From NCBI GenBank assembly GCA_040290255.1, contig PSMU01000001.1:224001-288000 (forward strand): DNA of 64,000 nt, written 5' to 3'. Position 1 is the first letter of the stretch, and each line of letters starts with the position of its first letter. Below the pieces are notes generated by a model. That model saw nothing but the letters and a program-made list of their open reading frames with translations. It was not told the DNA's origin and searched no databases. The translations under genes were made by a program, and so were the position numbers. This document shows positions 24,742-34,450 of the stretch, in pieces. The DNA comes from Nitrososphaerota archaeon (GTDB lineage: Archaea; Thermoproteota; Nitrososphaeria; PSMU01).

Positions 24742-26383
24742 CCTTCTTGAGCTCCTCCTCCAGCGCCGCGAGCTGCCGCTCGCCCCGCCTTAGGCCCGCC
24801 TCGAGCTCCCTCCTGAAGGCCTCGCCCCTTATGAGGCCCTGGCCTCCCCTCCTGAGCAGGGAGATCAGGTCCCTGATGGCCTTCTCCTCCTGGCGCTCCT
24901 GGGCCAGCGCCGCCCTGTAGCCCTTTAGCTCCGGCATCGCCCCCAGGGCCTCCCTGAGCTCCTCGAGCCTCCTCAGCAGCGCCTCACGCCTGGGAGCCAG
25001 CTGGGAGTAGAGCTCCAGCAGCTCGGGGGCCGGGGCGCCCTTGGCCGAGGAGCTAGCCAGCGCGGTGAGGAGCCCACGGTCGAGCTTGGCGCGCTCCTTT
25101 AGCAGCGAGAGCAGGAGCTCGGCCCTTCTCAGGGGGCTCTCCTCCCTTATCACGCGGCCCAGGGCCAGGTGGATGCCCCAGAGGGCCACCAGGATGAGCG
25201 CCCAGAGCCCCTGCAGCTGAGAGGCGGGCGAGGCCAAGCCGGGCTGCAGGAGCAGCGGCGCCGTCTCCATAACGGCGAGCGGCGAGAGCCCCTGTAGCGA
25301 GAGGCCCGCGGAGCGCGAGGCCCAGGCCGGGGCTACGGCCAACGTGAAGTTATCGACGATGCCCTGCACGGGGCTAAAGGCCAGCCCCTTGGCGCTAAAG
25401 CCCCAGGGCGTGGGCGTGAAGAGCGAGGGCGAGTAATAGTGGAGGGTCAGCCGCTCGCTGCTGCCCGGCGCTATGCTTCTGCCCAGCGCTGCCAGGTCCA
25501 GCTCCCCCTGGGTGAGCGAGGCGGAGGCCGAGGAGCCGGGGATGGGGCCCGGGGGCGCCGGCAGGTAAAGCGTCGCCACGTCCGGCGGGAGGTTAAGAGG
25601 GAGGCTGGTGAGCGTGGTCCCGCCGAGGTTTTGGATCAGGATCACATCCTCGATGAAGGGCTGCGCGGTGCCGTTGAGCTGCACCTTCCTTATCACCTCA
25701 GGAAAGCGCAGCGCGCTCAGGCGCGCGCCGCTTCCCAGCTGCAGCGTAAGGTTGTAGAGCCTGGGCTCAAGGAGCCTCGCGGCCCCCGTTGAGTTCGAGT
25801 ACACGCTGCCCGAGGGCAGCTGGCTCACCTTCGTGAAGTTGACGCCGAGCGCGCTCACGCCCTGGGGCAGGGCCAGGGAGAGCGTAAAGTTCCTCAGCTC
25901 CAGGCCCGGGGAGAGGGAGGGCAGCGGCAGCGCTAGGCTCATGTTCTGCCCGCCCAGGGGGCGCAGCAGCCCCCCTGCCCCCCTAAGGAAGAAGCTCAGG
26001 CTCACGGACTCATTGGCCGAGGGGGGGAGCAGCCCCGGCCCCGGCCGAAGCGCTATGGGGCCCCCCGCTTGGGCGCTCACGTTAACGGGCACGGGCCCTC
26101 GCACGCTGAACGACCAGCTCAGGGGGCCGGGCGGCAGGGCGGCGCTGAAGGCCTCAGGAAGGCGCAGCTCCAGCGAGGGAATGGGGGCGGACGCGTTCGA
26201 GGGGGCCAGAAAGGCCATCGTCACGTTCAGGCGCACGAAGCCGGTGGGCAGCACCTGGTAGGCCAGGGTGAGCGAGACGCCGGGTTCGCCGCCCTGGGCG
26301 GAGGCGGGGGCCAGCAGCGCGAGGAGCAGCAGCAAGGAAAGGAGGGGAGAGCAGCGGGCCACGCCGCCCCTTTGCGCCCTCAT
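24716..26383 (-). CDS. Single-pass membrane protein: signal peptide, beta-rich ectodomain, TM, cytoplasmic helical domain
   Basis: N-terminal poly-Leu signal ending ASA-Q, many N-x-S/T sequons, TM LWALILVALWGIHLAL and a charged helical C-terminus. Confidence 0.7.
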   Translation of the reverse strand: MRAQRGGVARCSPLLSLLLLLALLAPASAQGGEPGVSLTLAYQVLPTGFVRLNVTMAFLAPSNASAPIPSLELRLPEAFSAALPPGPLSWSFSVRGPVPVNVSAQAGGPIALRPGPGLLPPSANESVSLSFFLRGAGGLLRPLGGQNMSLALPLPSLSPGLELRNFTLSLALPQGVSALGVNFTKVSQLPSGSVYSNSTGAARLLEPRLYNLTLQLGSGARLSALRFPEVIRKVQLNGTAQPFIEDVILIQNLGGTTLTSLPLNLPPDVATLYLPAPPGPIPGSSASASLTQGELDLAALGRSIAPGSSERLTLHYYSPSLFTPTPWGFSAKGLAFSPVQGIVDNFTLAVAPAWASRSAGLSLQGLSPLAVMETAPLLLQPGLASPASQLQGLWALILVALWGIHLALGRVIREESPLRRAELLLSLLKERAKLDRGLLTALASSSAKGAPAPELLELYSQLAPRREALLRRLEELREALGAMPELKGYRAALAQERQEEKAIRDLISLLRRGGQGLIRGEAFRRELEAGLRRGERQLAALEEELKKVGPVGSSS

Positions 26384-26390
26384 AATTAAG

Positions 26391-27902
26391 CTAGCCCTCC
26401 GCCTTGGGCTCGAGGGCCCTGAGCTGCCTCCAGGTGACGCAGAGCGTGAGCGGGTGCGAGGCCCTCACCTCATCCACCCTTTGGGCCGCGGCGTTATGAG
26501 GGGCCCTGCGAAGGGTTGAGGCCCTCTCCTTACAGGCGGCGATCAGGGCCTCCGCGAAGGCGTCCAGCTCCTCCTTTGTGGCCGACTCCGTGGGCTCTAT
26601 CATGAGGGCCTCCTCCACGATCTGCGGGAAGTACACGGTGGGCGCGTGGTGGCCGTAGTCCAGCAGCCTCTTGGCCAGGTCCCAGGCCCTGACCCCCCTC
26701 TTCCTGAGCCTGGCGCTGGGCGCTATTACGAACTCGTGCTTCCTGTGCTTCTCGGGCCTGTAGGGAAGCTCGAAGTAGCCGGACCGAAGCAGCCTCCTGA
26801 GCAGGTAGTTGGAGTGCAGGACCGAGAGCTCGGCGACCCTCCTTAGCCCCGCCGCGCCCAGCGATAGGATATACGCATAGGCCCTGACGAGCACGGGGAT
26901 CTGGCCGTAAAAGGCCCTCGCCCTCCCTATGCTCAGCGGCCGATCGTAATCCAGGAAGTAGCGCCTCCCGTCGAAGGCTATCAGAGGCGCGGGCAGATAG
27001 GGCTCGAGCTGGGCGCTCACCCCTAGGGGCCCCGCGCCAGGCCCCCCTCCTCCATGAGGGGTCGAGAAGGTCTTGTGCAGGTTCACGTGCACGATATCGA
27101 AGCCCATGTCGGCCGGGCGGGCGATGCCCAGGAGGCTGTTAAGGTTCGCCCCATCGTAATAAAGCAGCCCGCCCGCCTCATGTATTATATCGGCTATCTC
27201 CGAGATCCTCCGCTCGAAGATCCCCAACGTGTTCGGGTTCGTGAGCATGAGCCCCGCCGTCCTGGGGCCCACGGCCGCCTTCAGGGCCTCCACGTCCACG
27301 CAGCCCTCCTCATCCGAGCGAATGACCCTGACCCTGAACCCCGCGAGGCTCGCGCTCGCGAAGTTCGAGCCGTGCGCGCTATCGGGCACCAGGACCTCCT
27401 GCCTCTCCTCTCCCCTCCTCCTGAAGAAGGCCCTCATGATGCTCACGCCGCAGAACTCGCCGCTGGAGCCCGCGGGGGGCTGGAGCGAGAAGCGCGCCAT
27501 GCCCGTGATCTCGCACAGCATCTGCTCCAGCTCATAAAGGAGCGCCAGCAGCCCCTGCACGCTCTCCTCCGCCTGATAGGGGTGAAGCTCCCGCAGCGCC
27601 TCCAGCGCTGCCAGCGCATCGTTCACCTTCGGGTTGTACTTCATCGTGCAGCTGCCGAGCGGGTAGAAGCCTAGGTCGACGCCGTAGCTCTGCTGGGAGA
27701 GGCGCGTGAAGTGGCGCACGACCTCGTGCTGGCTCAGGGAGGGGAGAGGAAGCTCCTCCCGCCTCAGCCCCGAGAGCTCCCGCTCGACCCCCTTGAGCGC
27801 CTCGCGCTCCTGAGGCGTGAGCTCCGGCAGCAGGAGGCCTATCTTGCCCGTGCCGCTGCGCTCGATCAGCAGGGGCTCCTCCCAGCGGGCCTGCCTAAAC
27901 AT
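26391..27902 (-). CDS. gcvPB: Glycine cleavage P protein subunit 2
   Basis: RHFTRLS, YPLGSCTMKYNP, PDSAHG.N, LHKTFSTPHGGGGPG and IEPTE motifs. Confidence 0.96.
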   Translation of the reverse strand: MFRQARWEEPLLIERSGTGKIGLLLPELTPQEREALKGVERELSGLRREELPLPSLSQHEVVRHFTRLSQQSYGVDLGFYPLGSCTMKYNPKVNDALAALEALRELHPYQAEESVQGLLALLYELEQMLCEITGMARFSLQPPAGSSGEFCGVSIMRAFFRRRGEERQEVLVPDSAHGSNFASASLAGFRVRVIRSDEEGCVDVEALKAAVGPRTAGLMLTNPNTLGIFERRISEIADIIHEAGGLLYYDGANLNSLLGIARPADMGFDIVHVNLHKTFSTPHGGGGPGAGPLGVSAQLEPYLPAPLIAFDGRRYFLDYDRPLSIGRARAFYGQIPVLVRAYAYILSLGAAGLRRVAELSVLHSNYLLRRLLRSGYFELPYRPEKHRKHEFVIAPSARLRKRGVRAWDLAKRLLDYGHHAPTVYFPQIVEEALMIEPTESATKEELDAFAEALIAACKERASTLRRAPHNAAAQRVDEVRASHPLTLCVTWRQLRALEPKAEG

Positions 27903-29277
27903 GGCGCAGCGCCCCCTCGAGGGCCTTGCAGAGCTCATCTATGTCCTGCACCTCATGCACCTCCGTGACGCAGAAGAGGCCGGCCTCGCCCAGCTCGGGG
28001 TACAGGTGCGCCAGCGGGAGCCCCGCCTCGAAGCCCGCCTCGTTCAGCGTACGCCTCACCCGCGCGGCGCTGCCGCGCTCATATCCCACAGCGAAGTCCT
28101 TGAAGTGGGGAGCGCGAAAGAGCGGCGCCCTGAGCCCCTCGATGCCGGCCATCCGGCCCAACGCATAGGAGGTCCTGGCGAGGATGAGCTCGGCTAACCT
28201 GCGCAGCCCCTCCCTTCCCAGCAGGGCCAGGTAGGCCGCGGCGGCTATGGCGTAGAGGGCCTGGTTGGTCGTGATGTTCGAGGTGGCCCTCTCGCGCCTA
28301 ATGTGCTGCTCCCTGGCCTGCAGGACGAGCGTGAAGGCGCGCCGACCCCCTGCATCCAGCGTGGCGCCCACGATCCTGCCCGGCATCTGCCTGAGCAGCT
28401 CCTGGCCGCGGCAGGCCATAAGGCCGAGCAGCGCGCCGCCGTAGTACATGCCCAGCCCCAGGGGTTGCCCCTCGCCCACGGCGATGTCGGCCCCCAGCTC
28501 GCCGGGGGGCTTCAGCAGCGCCAGCGAGAGCGGCTCGAAGCCCATCACGTAAAGCGCCCCCCTGGCATGGGCGAGCTCGCCCACTTCGCGCGGGTTCCTC
28601 GCGATGAACCCCAGAAAGCTGGGGCTCTCCAGGTAGACGAAGGCCGTATCGGCATCGAGCTTAGAGGCCAGGTCCTCCAGGTCCGCGGCGCCATCGGCCC
28701 GCCATCCGTACTCGTGCACGCTCATGCCCAGGGGCTCCGCATAGAGCTCGAGCACCCGCCTCCTCTCGGGCCCCATATAGCGGGGCACGAGGGCCTTCCT
28801 GCGCCTGGTGTGCCTATAGGCCATGCGCGCCGCCTCCCCCAGCGCGGAGGCCCAGTCGTACAGCGAGGAGTTAGCGTACTCCATGCCCGTGAGCTCGCAG
28901 ATCAGGCTCTGGTACTCGAAGAGCGCCTGAAGCAGGCCCTGGCTCACCTCCGCCTGATAGGGCGTGTAGGAGGTGAGAAATTCGCCCCTGGCGATGATCT
29001 GCTCCACCACGGCGGGCACGTAGTGCGGCCAGCAGCCCGCGCCCAGGAAGAGCCTGCGCCCAAATGCCCTTGTCCCCTTTAATCGGTCCTCGACCCTTCT
29101 CCTAACCTCCAGCTCGCTCAGCGGGCCCGGCAGGGCCAGGGGCCTCCTGAGCCTGACGCGCTCCGGTATATCTTGGAAGAGCTGCTCGAGCGAGCGGAGC
29201 CCCAGCTCGCGTAGCATGAGCTCCACCAGCTTCGGGTCGGAGGTGGGGAGGTAGGGATGGAGGAACTCGCGCTCCAC
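27895..29277 (-). CDS. gcvPA: Glycine cleavage P protein subunit 1
   Basis: FLGAG...HYVP, TSYTPYQ.E.SQG, GEGQPLG and REQHIRRERATSNI motifs. Confidence 0.96.
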   Translation of the reverse strand: MEREFLHPYLPTSDPKLVELMLRELGLRSLEQLFQDIPERVRLRRPLALPGPLSELEVRRRVEDRLKGTRAFGRRLFLGAGCWPHYVPAVVEQIIARGEFLTSYTPYQAEVSQGLLQALFEYQSLICELTGMEYANSSLYDWASALGEAARMAYRHTRRRKALVPRYMGPERRRVLELYAEPLGMSVHEYGWRADGAADLEDLASKLDADTAFVYLESPSFLGFIARNPREVGELAHARGALYVMGFEPLSLALLKPPGELGADIAVGEGQPLGLGMYYGGALLGLMACRGQELLRQMPGRIVGATLDAGGRRAFTLVLQAREQHIRRERATSNITTNQALYAIAAAAYLALLGREGLRRLAELILARTSYALGRMAGIEGLRAPLFRAPHFKDFAVGYERGSAARVRRTLNEAGFEAGLPLAHLYPELGEAGLFCVTEVHEVQDIDELCKALEGALRHV

Positions 29278-29331
29278 GCGCCGCGTACCCCGCTGAACTT
29301 TAAAAGGTAGCCCACCCCGTCGGAAAGGGCC

Positions 29332-30627
29332 TTGCCCAGGGTCTGGGTGGAGAGCTACGGGTGCAGCGCCAACTTGGCCGACGCCGAGATCATGATGGGC
29401 CTGCTGCGCGAAAGGGGCTATGAGCTGGCCTCGAGCCCCGCCGAGGCGGACCTGAACATGATCGTGACCTGCAGCGTGAAGAACGCCACCGCGAGCCGCA
29501 TGATTACCCGCATCAACGAGCTCACACGCACCCGCCGGCCCCTGATCGTCGCCGGCTGCCTGGCCAAGGCGGAGCCCGAGCTCGTGGCCAGGCTCAATCC
29601 CAGGGCCTCGCTGCTCGGCCCCAGGACGGTGCAGCGCGTGGGCGAGGTGGCCGACCTCACGAGGGCGGGCTATAAGGTAGTGGCGCTCGAGGCGCTCGCC
29701 GAGCCCAAGGTCTGCCTGCCGAGGGTCAGGACCAACCCCGTCGTGGCCATCGTCGAGATCTTGAGCGGGTGCCTGAGCAGGTGCAGCTTCTGCCAGACCA
29801 AGCTGGCCCGGGGCGACCTCGTCAGCTACTCGCCCGAGCTGATCGTCAGGGAGGTGGAGATGGCCGTGAGGGAGGGATGCAGGGAGATCTGGCTGACCTC
29901 CCAGGATAACTCGTGCTATGGCAGGGACATCGGCACGAACCTAGCGGAGCTCCTCGAAAGGGTCTGCCGCGTGGAGGGCGACTTCATGGTGAGGGTAGGC
30001 ATGATGAACCCCCTTCATCTGAGGCGCTTTCTGGGCGAGCTGATAGAGGCCTTTAAGCACGATAAGGTCTACAAGTTCCTACATCTCCCCGTGCAGACGG
30101 GCAGCGACCGCCTGCTCAGGCTCATGAGGAGGGGCTATACGGTCGATGAGTTTCGCGAGTATGTCAGGGCCTTTAGGAGGGAGATACCGCAGATCACGCT
30201 GGCCACCGACATCATCGCCGGCTTCCCCACCGAGGCCGAGGAGGACGTAGCGCTGACGGTCGAGCTGCTGGAGGAGGTGCAGCCCGACGTGGTCAACCTC
30301 TCCTCCTACTCGGCCAGGCCCCACACGGACGCGGCGCTGCTGCCCCAGCTGCCCAGGGAGGAGGTGAAGAGGAGGACCCGGTTCCTGGCCGAGGTCGCGG
30401 GCCGCGTGATGCTGGAGAGAAATAGGAGGTGGCTGGGATGGCGGGGCAGGGCGCTCGTGGAGGAGAGGGTTGAGGGGGCCTTCGTGGCGAGGAATTTTGC
30501 GTACAGGCCCATCATCGTCAAGGCGGAAGCTGCCCTGGGCCAAGAGGTGGAGGTGAGCATAGCGCGCGTCACGGCCCACTGCCTTTATGATGAAGGGGCC
30601 GCTTCGGGCACTGGTGAAATTAATTAG
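29332..30627 (+). CDS. tRNA t6A methylthiotransferase (MiaB-like, e-MtaB/CDKAL1 type)
   Basis: YGC..N..D, TC.V, AGC, a radical-SAM CxxxCxxC motif, RVGMMNP and a TRAM-like C-terminus. Confidence 0.9.
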   Translation: MPRVWVESYGCSANLADAEIMMGLLRERGYELASSPAEADLNMIVTCSVKNATASRMITRINELTRTRRPLIVAGCLAKAEPELVARLNPRASLLGPRTVQRVGEVADLTRAGYKVVALEALAEPKVCLPRVRTNPVVAIVEILSGCLSRCSFCQTKLARGDLVSYSPELIVREVEMAVREGCREIWLTSQDNSCYGRDIGTNLAELLERVCRVEGDFMVRVGMMNPLHLRRFLGELIEAFKHDKVYKFLHLPVQTGSDRLLRLMRRGYTVDEFREYVRAFRREIPQITLATDIIAGFPTEAEEDVALTVELLEEVQPDVVNLSSYSARPHTDAALLPQLPREEVKRRTRFLAEVAGRVMLERNRRWLGWRGRALVEERVEGAFVARNFAYRPIIVKAEAALGQEVEVSIARVTAHCLYDEGAASGTGEIN

Positions 30628-30695
30628 GTGAGGTGTGAGCGAAAAATTAAGCCCCACGCCTTATAAGCCTCCGCCCGGCCTGGCGGCCTTGCGAT

Positions 30696-31565
30696 ATGGC
30701 TGATGCTGAGCTTGGGCTGATGGCCGTCGGCGAGCTGGCGACCCGCGCGGCCGACCGGCTGGGAAGCGATTCATACCCGGTCATGAGGGGGCTGCCCCAG
30801 CTGAGCGCCTGGGGCCAAAGCCCGGCGCAGCTGCGCCGCGGGCTTCTTTCTAGGAGGGAGGAGATAGTCCGGGGCCTTTCCGAGTTCAGGAGGGTGGTGC
30901 TGCTGGCCGACCTGAGCTCCACGCTGGGCGCCTCGCTCACGCCCTCGCTCGTGGGCCTGCTGGAGGGCAGGCTCAGGGGGGCGTGGGTGGTGCTGCCGGG
31001 GCCCCGGGAGGGGATGAGGACCTTCCTGGCCGGCACGGCCTTGGGCCGGCTGCTGGCCCAGGGCGCGCCCATCCTCGTGACGGAGAGGGCGAACCTGATG
31101 GACGGCTTCTGGTCCTCCCCGGCGGAGGTTGCCCTGGAGCACCTGACGGCCCGCATGGCACACATCGTCAAGGAGGTGTCGCTGCCCTACCTGATGGCCC
31201 AGCAGCGCGGCACCTTCCTGATGGTAGTAGGCTCCTCCCAGGAGCCCGAGGAGGCCCTGGCGAACTTGGCGCTGAAGGTGCAGGGCTCGGCGAGCTCGGG
31301 CGCGGAGGGCATCGTGCTGGCCCCCGGCGATAAATCGCTGGCCGCGCTGGAGGCGCTCGTGCAGGAGGCCCAGGCGGTGCTTAGGGTTTCGCTGAGCTAT
31401 AAGCTGGCCAAGCTCGAGGAGACGATCGCGGTGCTCGTCTGTCCGCTGGAGGCCCAGGCGGTGCTTAGGACCTATGACCCCCTGAGCGGGCTGAAGCAGC
31501 TGGACGATGAGCCCAGCGTGGCGTTACCGGAGGAGGCGGAGCTGGGGCTCCCCTATGTTCCCTAG
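30696..31565 (+). CDS. Highly diverged FtsZ/tubulin-superfamily-like protein (thaumarchaeal type)
   Basis: Pattern SPAQLRRG..EEI...VVLLADL....G, VVLP...E..R.F..G..L.RL and C-terminal YDPL...LD.EP resemble the thaumarchaeal FtsZ-like protein as I recall it. The GGGTGS/TG motif is absent. Confidence 0.6.
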   Translation: MADAELGLMAVGELATRAADRLGSDSYPVMRGLPQLSAWGQSPAQLRRGLLSRREEIVRGLSEFRRVVLLADLSSTLGASLTPSLVGLLEGRLRGAWVVLPGPREGMRTFLAGTALGRLLAQGAPILVTERANLMDGFWSSPAEVALEHLTARMAHIVKEVSLPYLMAQQRGTFLMVVGSSQEPEEALANLALKVQGSASSGAEGIVLAPGDKSLAALEALVQEAQAVLRVSLSYKLAKLEETIAVLVCPLEAQAVLRTYDPLSGLKQLDDEPSVALPEEAELGLPYVP

Positions 31566-33196
31566 CCCAGCTTGGCCTTAAGCCCCTCTATCTCGTCGCG
31601 CTCTATCCTTCTAAATAGCGGATAGGCCTCGGCTATCCTGTGGCCCGGCGGGATAAGGGGCGAAGAGGCGCTCTCCCAGGGGCCCTTGCCCACTTCGCCT
31701 TTAAGCCCCAAGAGGCGCCAGAGCCGCTCGGCGGAGGAGGGAATGAAGGGATACAGCAGGATGGCCAGGCTCCTGAGCGTGTTCGCTCCCACCCACAGCG
31801 CGGCCCGGTAGCCCTCGCGCCTGGCCCAGGGCGCCTTGGCCTGCAGGTAGGCGTTGCAGAACCTCGAGAAGTCCATCGCCTCCCTGAGCGCGGCATCGAA
31901 CCTCCCCTCCTGAAGCCTTTCGCCGCAGGCCCGGCACGCCTGCGCCATGCGCTTCAGCGCCCCCTCATCCTCCTGCGATAAGGTCCCGGGCTCGGGCACC
32001 CCGCCGCCCTCGCGGCGCAGCAGCGTCAGCACCCTATACGCGTAGTTGCCGAAGTTATCCACGAGTTCGGAATTTATCTTCTCCCTGAAGTCGTCCCAGT
32101 CGAAGTTCACGTCGGCCTGCGAGAGGGGCGTTATATAGGCCAGGTAAAAGCGCAGGTAGTCGGCCGGGAAGGCGGCCAAGAAGTCCCTGAGCGAAATATA
32201 CCACCTCCTGCTCTTGGAGATCTTCTTGCCCTGAAGCAATAGGTGCCCCCTGGTGGGAATGTAATCGGGAAGCTTGAACCTCCCGTCGGCCAGCCTCATG
32301 GCGGGCAGGAAGAGATAATGATGGTACACGATGTCCTTTCCTATAAAGTGGTAGATGGTGGCCTCGTTCCACTTCCTCTCCCCCTCATGCCCCAGCAGGA
32401 GGAGCGCGGCGCTGATGTAGCAGAGATGGTTGTCGAACCAGCCGTAGAGCACCTGCCCCTCCGCCTCTTCGAGCGGTATGGGCACGCCCCAGCTTATGTC
32501 CCTCGTTATGTCCCAATCGGCCAGCCCTTCCTCTATCCACCTCATGACGTAGTTAACCACGTCCTCCTGCAGGCGCCCGTTGCCCCTCAGCCACTCCCTT
32601 AACCGGTCCGAGAAGGCCGAGAGCCTGAAGAAATAGTGGGGCACGCTCCTGAGCGAGGGAGGACGCCCGCAGAGCGCGCAGGCCCTATCCCTGAGCTCCG
32701 AGGGCGAGTATGTGCGGCCGCAGACCTCACAATAATCTCCGTACTGGTCCCTTGCCCCGCAAAAGGGGCAGGTGCCCCTTAGGTAGCGGTCGGGCAGGAA
32801 CTTCTTATCATGCTCGCAATAGTACTGCTGTACTTCCCTCCTGTAGATGTATCCTGCCCTATAGAGGCGCAGGAAGAACTCCTGGACGAACGCGACGTTC
32901 TCGGGGCTGCTGGTCTGGTGAAAGATATCGAACTTTATGCCCACGGCTTCAAAGTCCTCCAGGTCCCTCTTCCACCACCCGCGCACGAACTCCTGAGGGC
33001 TCTTGCCCTCGCGCTCCGCCTGGATGAGGATGGGCGTGCCGAAGTCATCGGTGGCACAGATGAAGTACGTCTCGACACCCTTGAGCCTCAGGAACCGGAC
33101 GAAGATATCAGGGGGAAGGTAGGTGGAGGCCAGGTGGCCCAGGTGGATCTCGCCGTTGGCATAGGGAAGGGCCGCCGTAACGATGACCCTGCTGAG
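31562..33196 (-). CDS. metG: Methionyl-tRNA synthetase (start codon non-canonical or sequence error)
   Basis: The frame continues upstream of the ORF-track start as RVIVTAALPYANGEIHLGH...ATDDFGTPI. Zn knuckles, WDITRD, GKDIVYHH and KISKS are present. Confidence 0.93.
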   Translation of the reverse strand, partial: LSRVIVTAALPYANGEIHLGHLASTYLPPDIFVRFLRLKGVETYFICATDDFGTPILIQAEREGKSPQEFVRGWWKRDLEDFEAVGIKFDIFHQTSSPENVAFVQEFFLRLYRAGYIYRREVQQYYCEHDKKFLPDRYLRGTCPFCGARDQYGDYCEVCGRTYSPSELRDRACALCGRPPSLRSVPHYFFRLSAFSDRLREWLRGNGRLQEDVVNYVMRWIEEGLADWDITRDISWGVPIPLEEAEGQVLYGWFDNHLCYISAALLLLGHEGERKWNEATIYHFIGKDIVYHHYLFLPAMRLADGRFKLPDYIPTRGHLLLQGKKISKSRRWYISLRDFLAAFPADYLRFYLAYITPLSQADVNFDWDDFREKINSELVDNFGNYAYRVLTLLRREGGGVPEPGTLSQEDEGALKRMAQACRACGERLQEGRFDAALREAMDFSRFCNAYLQAKAPWARREGYRAALWVGANTLRSLAILLYPFIPSSAERLWRLLGLKGEVGKGPWESASSPLIPPGHRIAEAYPLFRRIERDEIEGLKAKLG

Positions 33197-33211
33197 CGCG
33201 CATCACCTCCC

Positions 33212-34450
33212 TCATAGGGCCCAGCTCTCCGCATATTTAACCTGCTCCTCGGTGAGCGCGTCGAGCGCTATGCCGTAGGCCCCGAGCGTGGCCCTGGCCA
33301 CCTCCTCATCCACCTCCTGAGGCACGGGCACGAGCCTCTTCTCAAGCCTTGGCGCTTCGTTGGCCAAGTACAGCAGCGAGAGCAGCTGGTTGGAGAAGCT
33401 CATCATCATCACCTCGGGGGGATGGCCCTCCGCGCAGACCAGGTTCACCACCCTTCCCTCGGCCAGGAGATACAGGCGCCGGCCGTCGGGCAACTCGTAC
33501 TCCGTGACGTTGGGCCTGACTTCCCGGCTCGCCCTGGCCATCCTCTTCAGCGCCCCGACGTTCACCTCCACGTCGAAGTGGCCCGCGTTGGCCAGCACGG
33601 CGCCGTCCTTCATGTTCAGCAGGTGGGGCTCATCGATGACGTTGATCTGGCCAGTGCAGGTGATGAAGAGGTCTCCCAGGGGCGCCGCCTGGCGCATGCT
33701 CATGACCTCATAGCCCTGGAGGAGGGCCTCGAGGGCCCTGATCGGGTTCACCTCGGTGACCACCACGCGGGCCCCCAGGCCCCTCGCCCTCGCGGCAACG
33801 CCCCTGCCCACCCACCCATAGCCCGCCACGACGACGACCTTTCCGGCCAGCAGCAGGCTCGTGGCCCTTAGGATGCCGTCGAGCGTGCTCTGCCCCGTGC
33901 CATATCGGTTGTCGAAGAGGAACTTGGTGCTCGCGTTGTTCACGGCTATGATGGGATAAGCGAGCCCCCGCTGCCTCTCAAGGGCCCTGAGCCGAAGCAC
34001 GCCGGTGGTCGTCTCCTCGGTGCCCCCCTCGATCCTCGCAGCATACCCCTCGCTGTGGGCCATGACGTGCGCATCCGCGCCATCGTCCACCTGCAGGCTC
34101 GGCCCCGCCCTCAGCACATTTCTTATGCAGGCCTTATACTGCTCGGTACTCTGCCCCCTCCAGGCCCAGACCTCGACCCCCTCGCTCAGGAGGTAGGCGG
34201 CGATGTCGTCCTGGGTCGAGAGAGGGTTCGCGCCCGCCAGGTAGACTTCGGCGCCGAGCTGCTGCAGGCCCTTGACGAACACGGCCGTCTCCTTGGTCAC
34301 GTGCAGGCAGACGCCCACCTTTTTTCCCTTGAGGGGGGCCTTGGGCCTCTGGTCCTCTATTATGCGCGTGAGCGTGGGCATGTGGCGCCAGGCCCAGCTG
34401 AAGTTAATGGCCCCCCTGGGCGCCAGCGACTCATCGGCTACCCTCTTCAA
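33212..34450 (-). CDS. ahcY: S-adenosylhomocysteine hydrolase
   Basis: CLHVTKET, NPLSTQD, EETTTG, FDNRYGTGQS, GYGWVG, GHFDVE and GHP.EVM motifs. TTG start at 34450. Confidence 0.95.
   Translation of the reverse strand: MKRVADESLAPRGAINFSWAWRHMPTLTRIIEDQRPKAPLKGKKVGVCLHVTKETAVFVKGLQQLGAEVYLAGANPLSTQDDIAAYLLSEGVEVWAWRGQSTEQYKACIRNVLRAGPSLQVDDGADAHVMAHSEGYAARIEGGTEETTTGVLRLRALERQRGLAYPIIAVNNASTKFLFDNRYGTGQSTLDGILRATSLLLAGKVVVVAGYGWVGRGVAARARGLGARVVVTEVNPIRALEALLQGYEVMSMRQAAPLGDLFITCTGQINVIDEPHLLNMKDGAVLANAGHFDVEVNVGALKRMARASREVRPNVTEYELPDGRRLYLLAEGRVVNLVCAEGHPPEVMMMSFSNQLLSLLYLANEAPRLEKRLVPVPQEVDEEVARATLGAYGIALDALTEEQVKYAESWAL

Noticed and set aside
31356-31469. Short direct repeat GGAGGCCCAGGCGGTGCTTAGG (EAQAVLR twice) in the FtsZ-like gene
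   Set aside because: Only two in-frame copies inside a CDS; at most a small internal duplication, not an array.
31562-32986. ORF-track metG lacking the HIGH motif, read as a truncated gene or pseudogene
   Set aside because: The frame is open and conserved up to 33202 and includes HLGH; only the start codon is anomalous.
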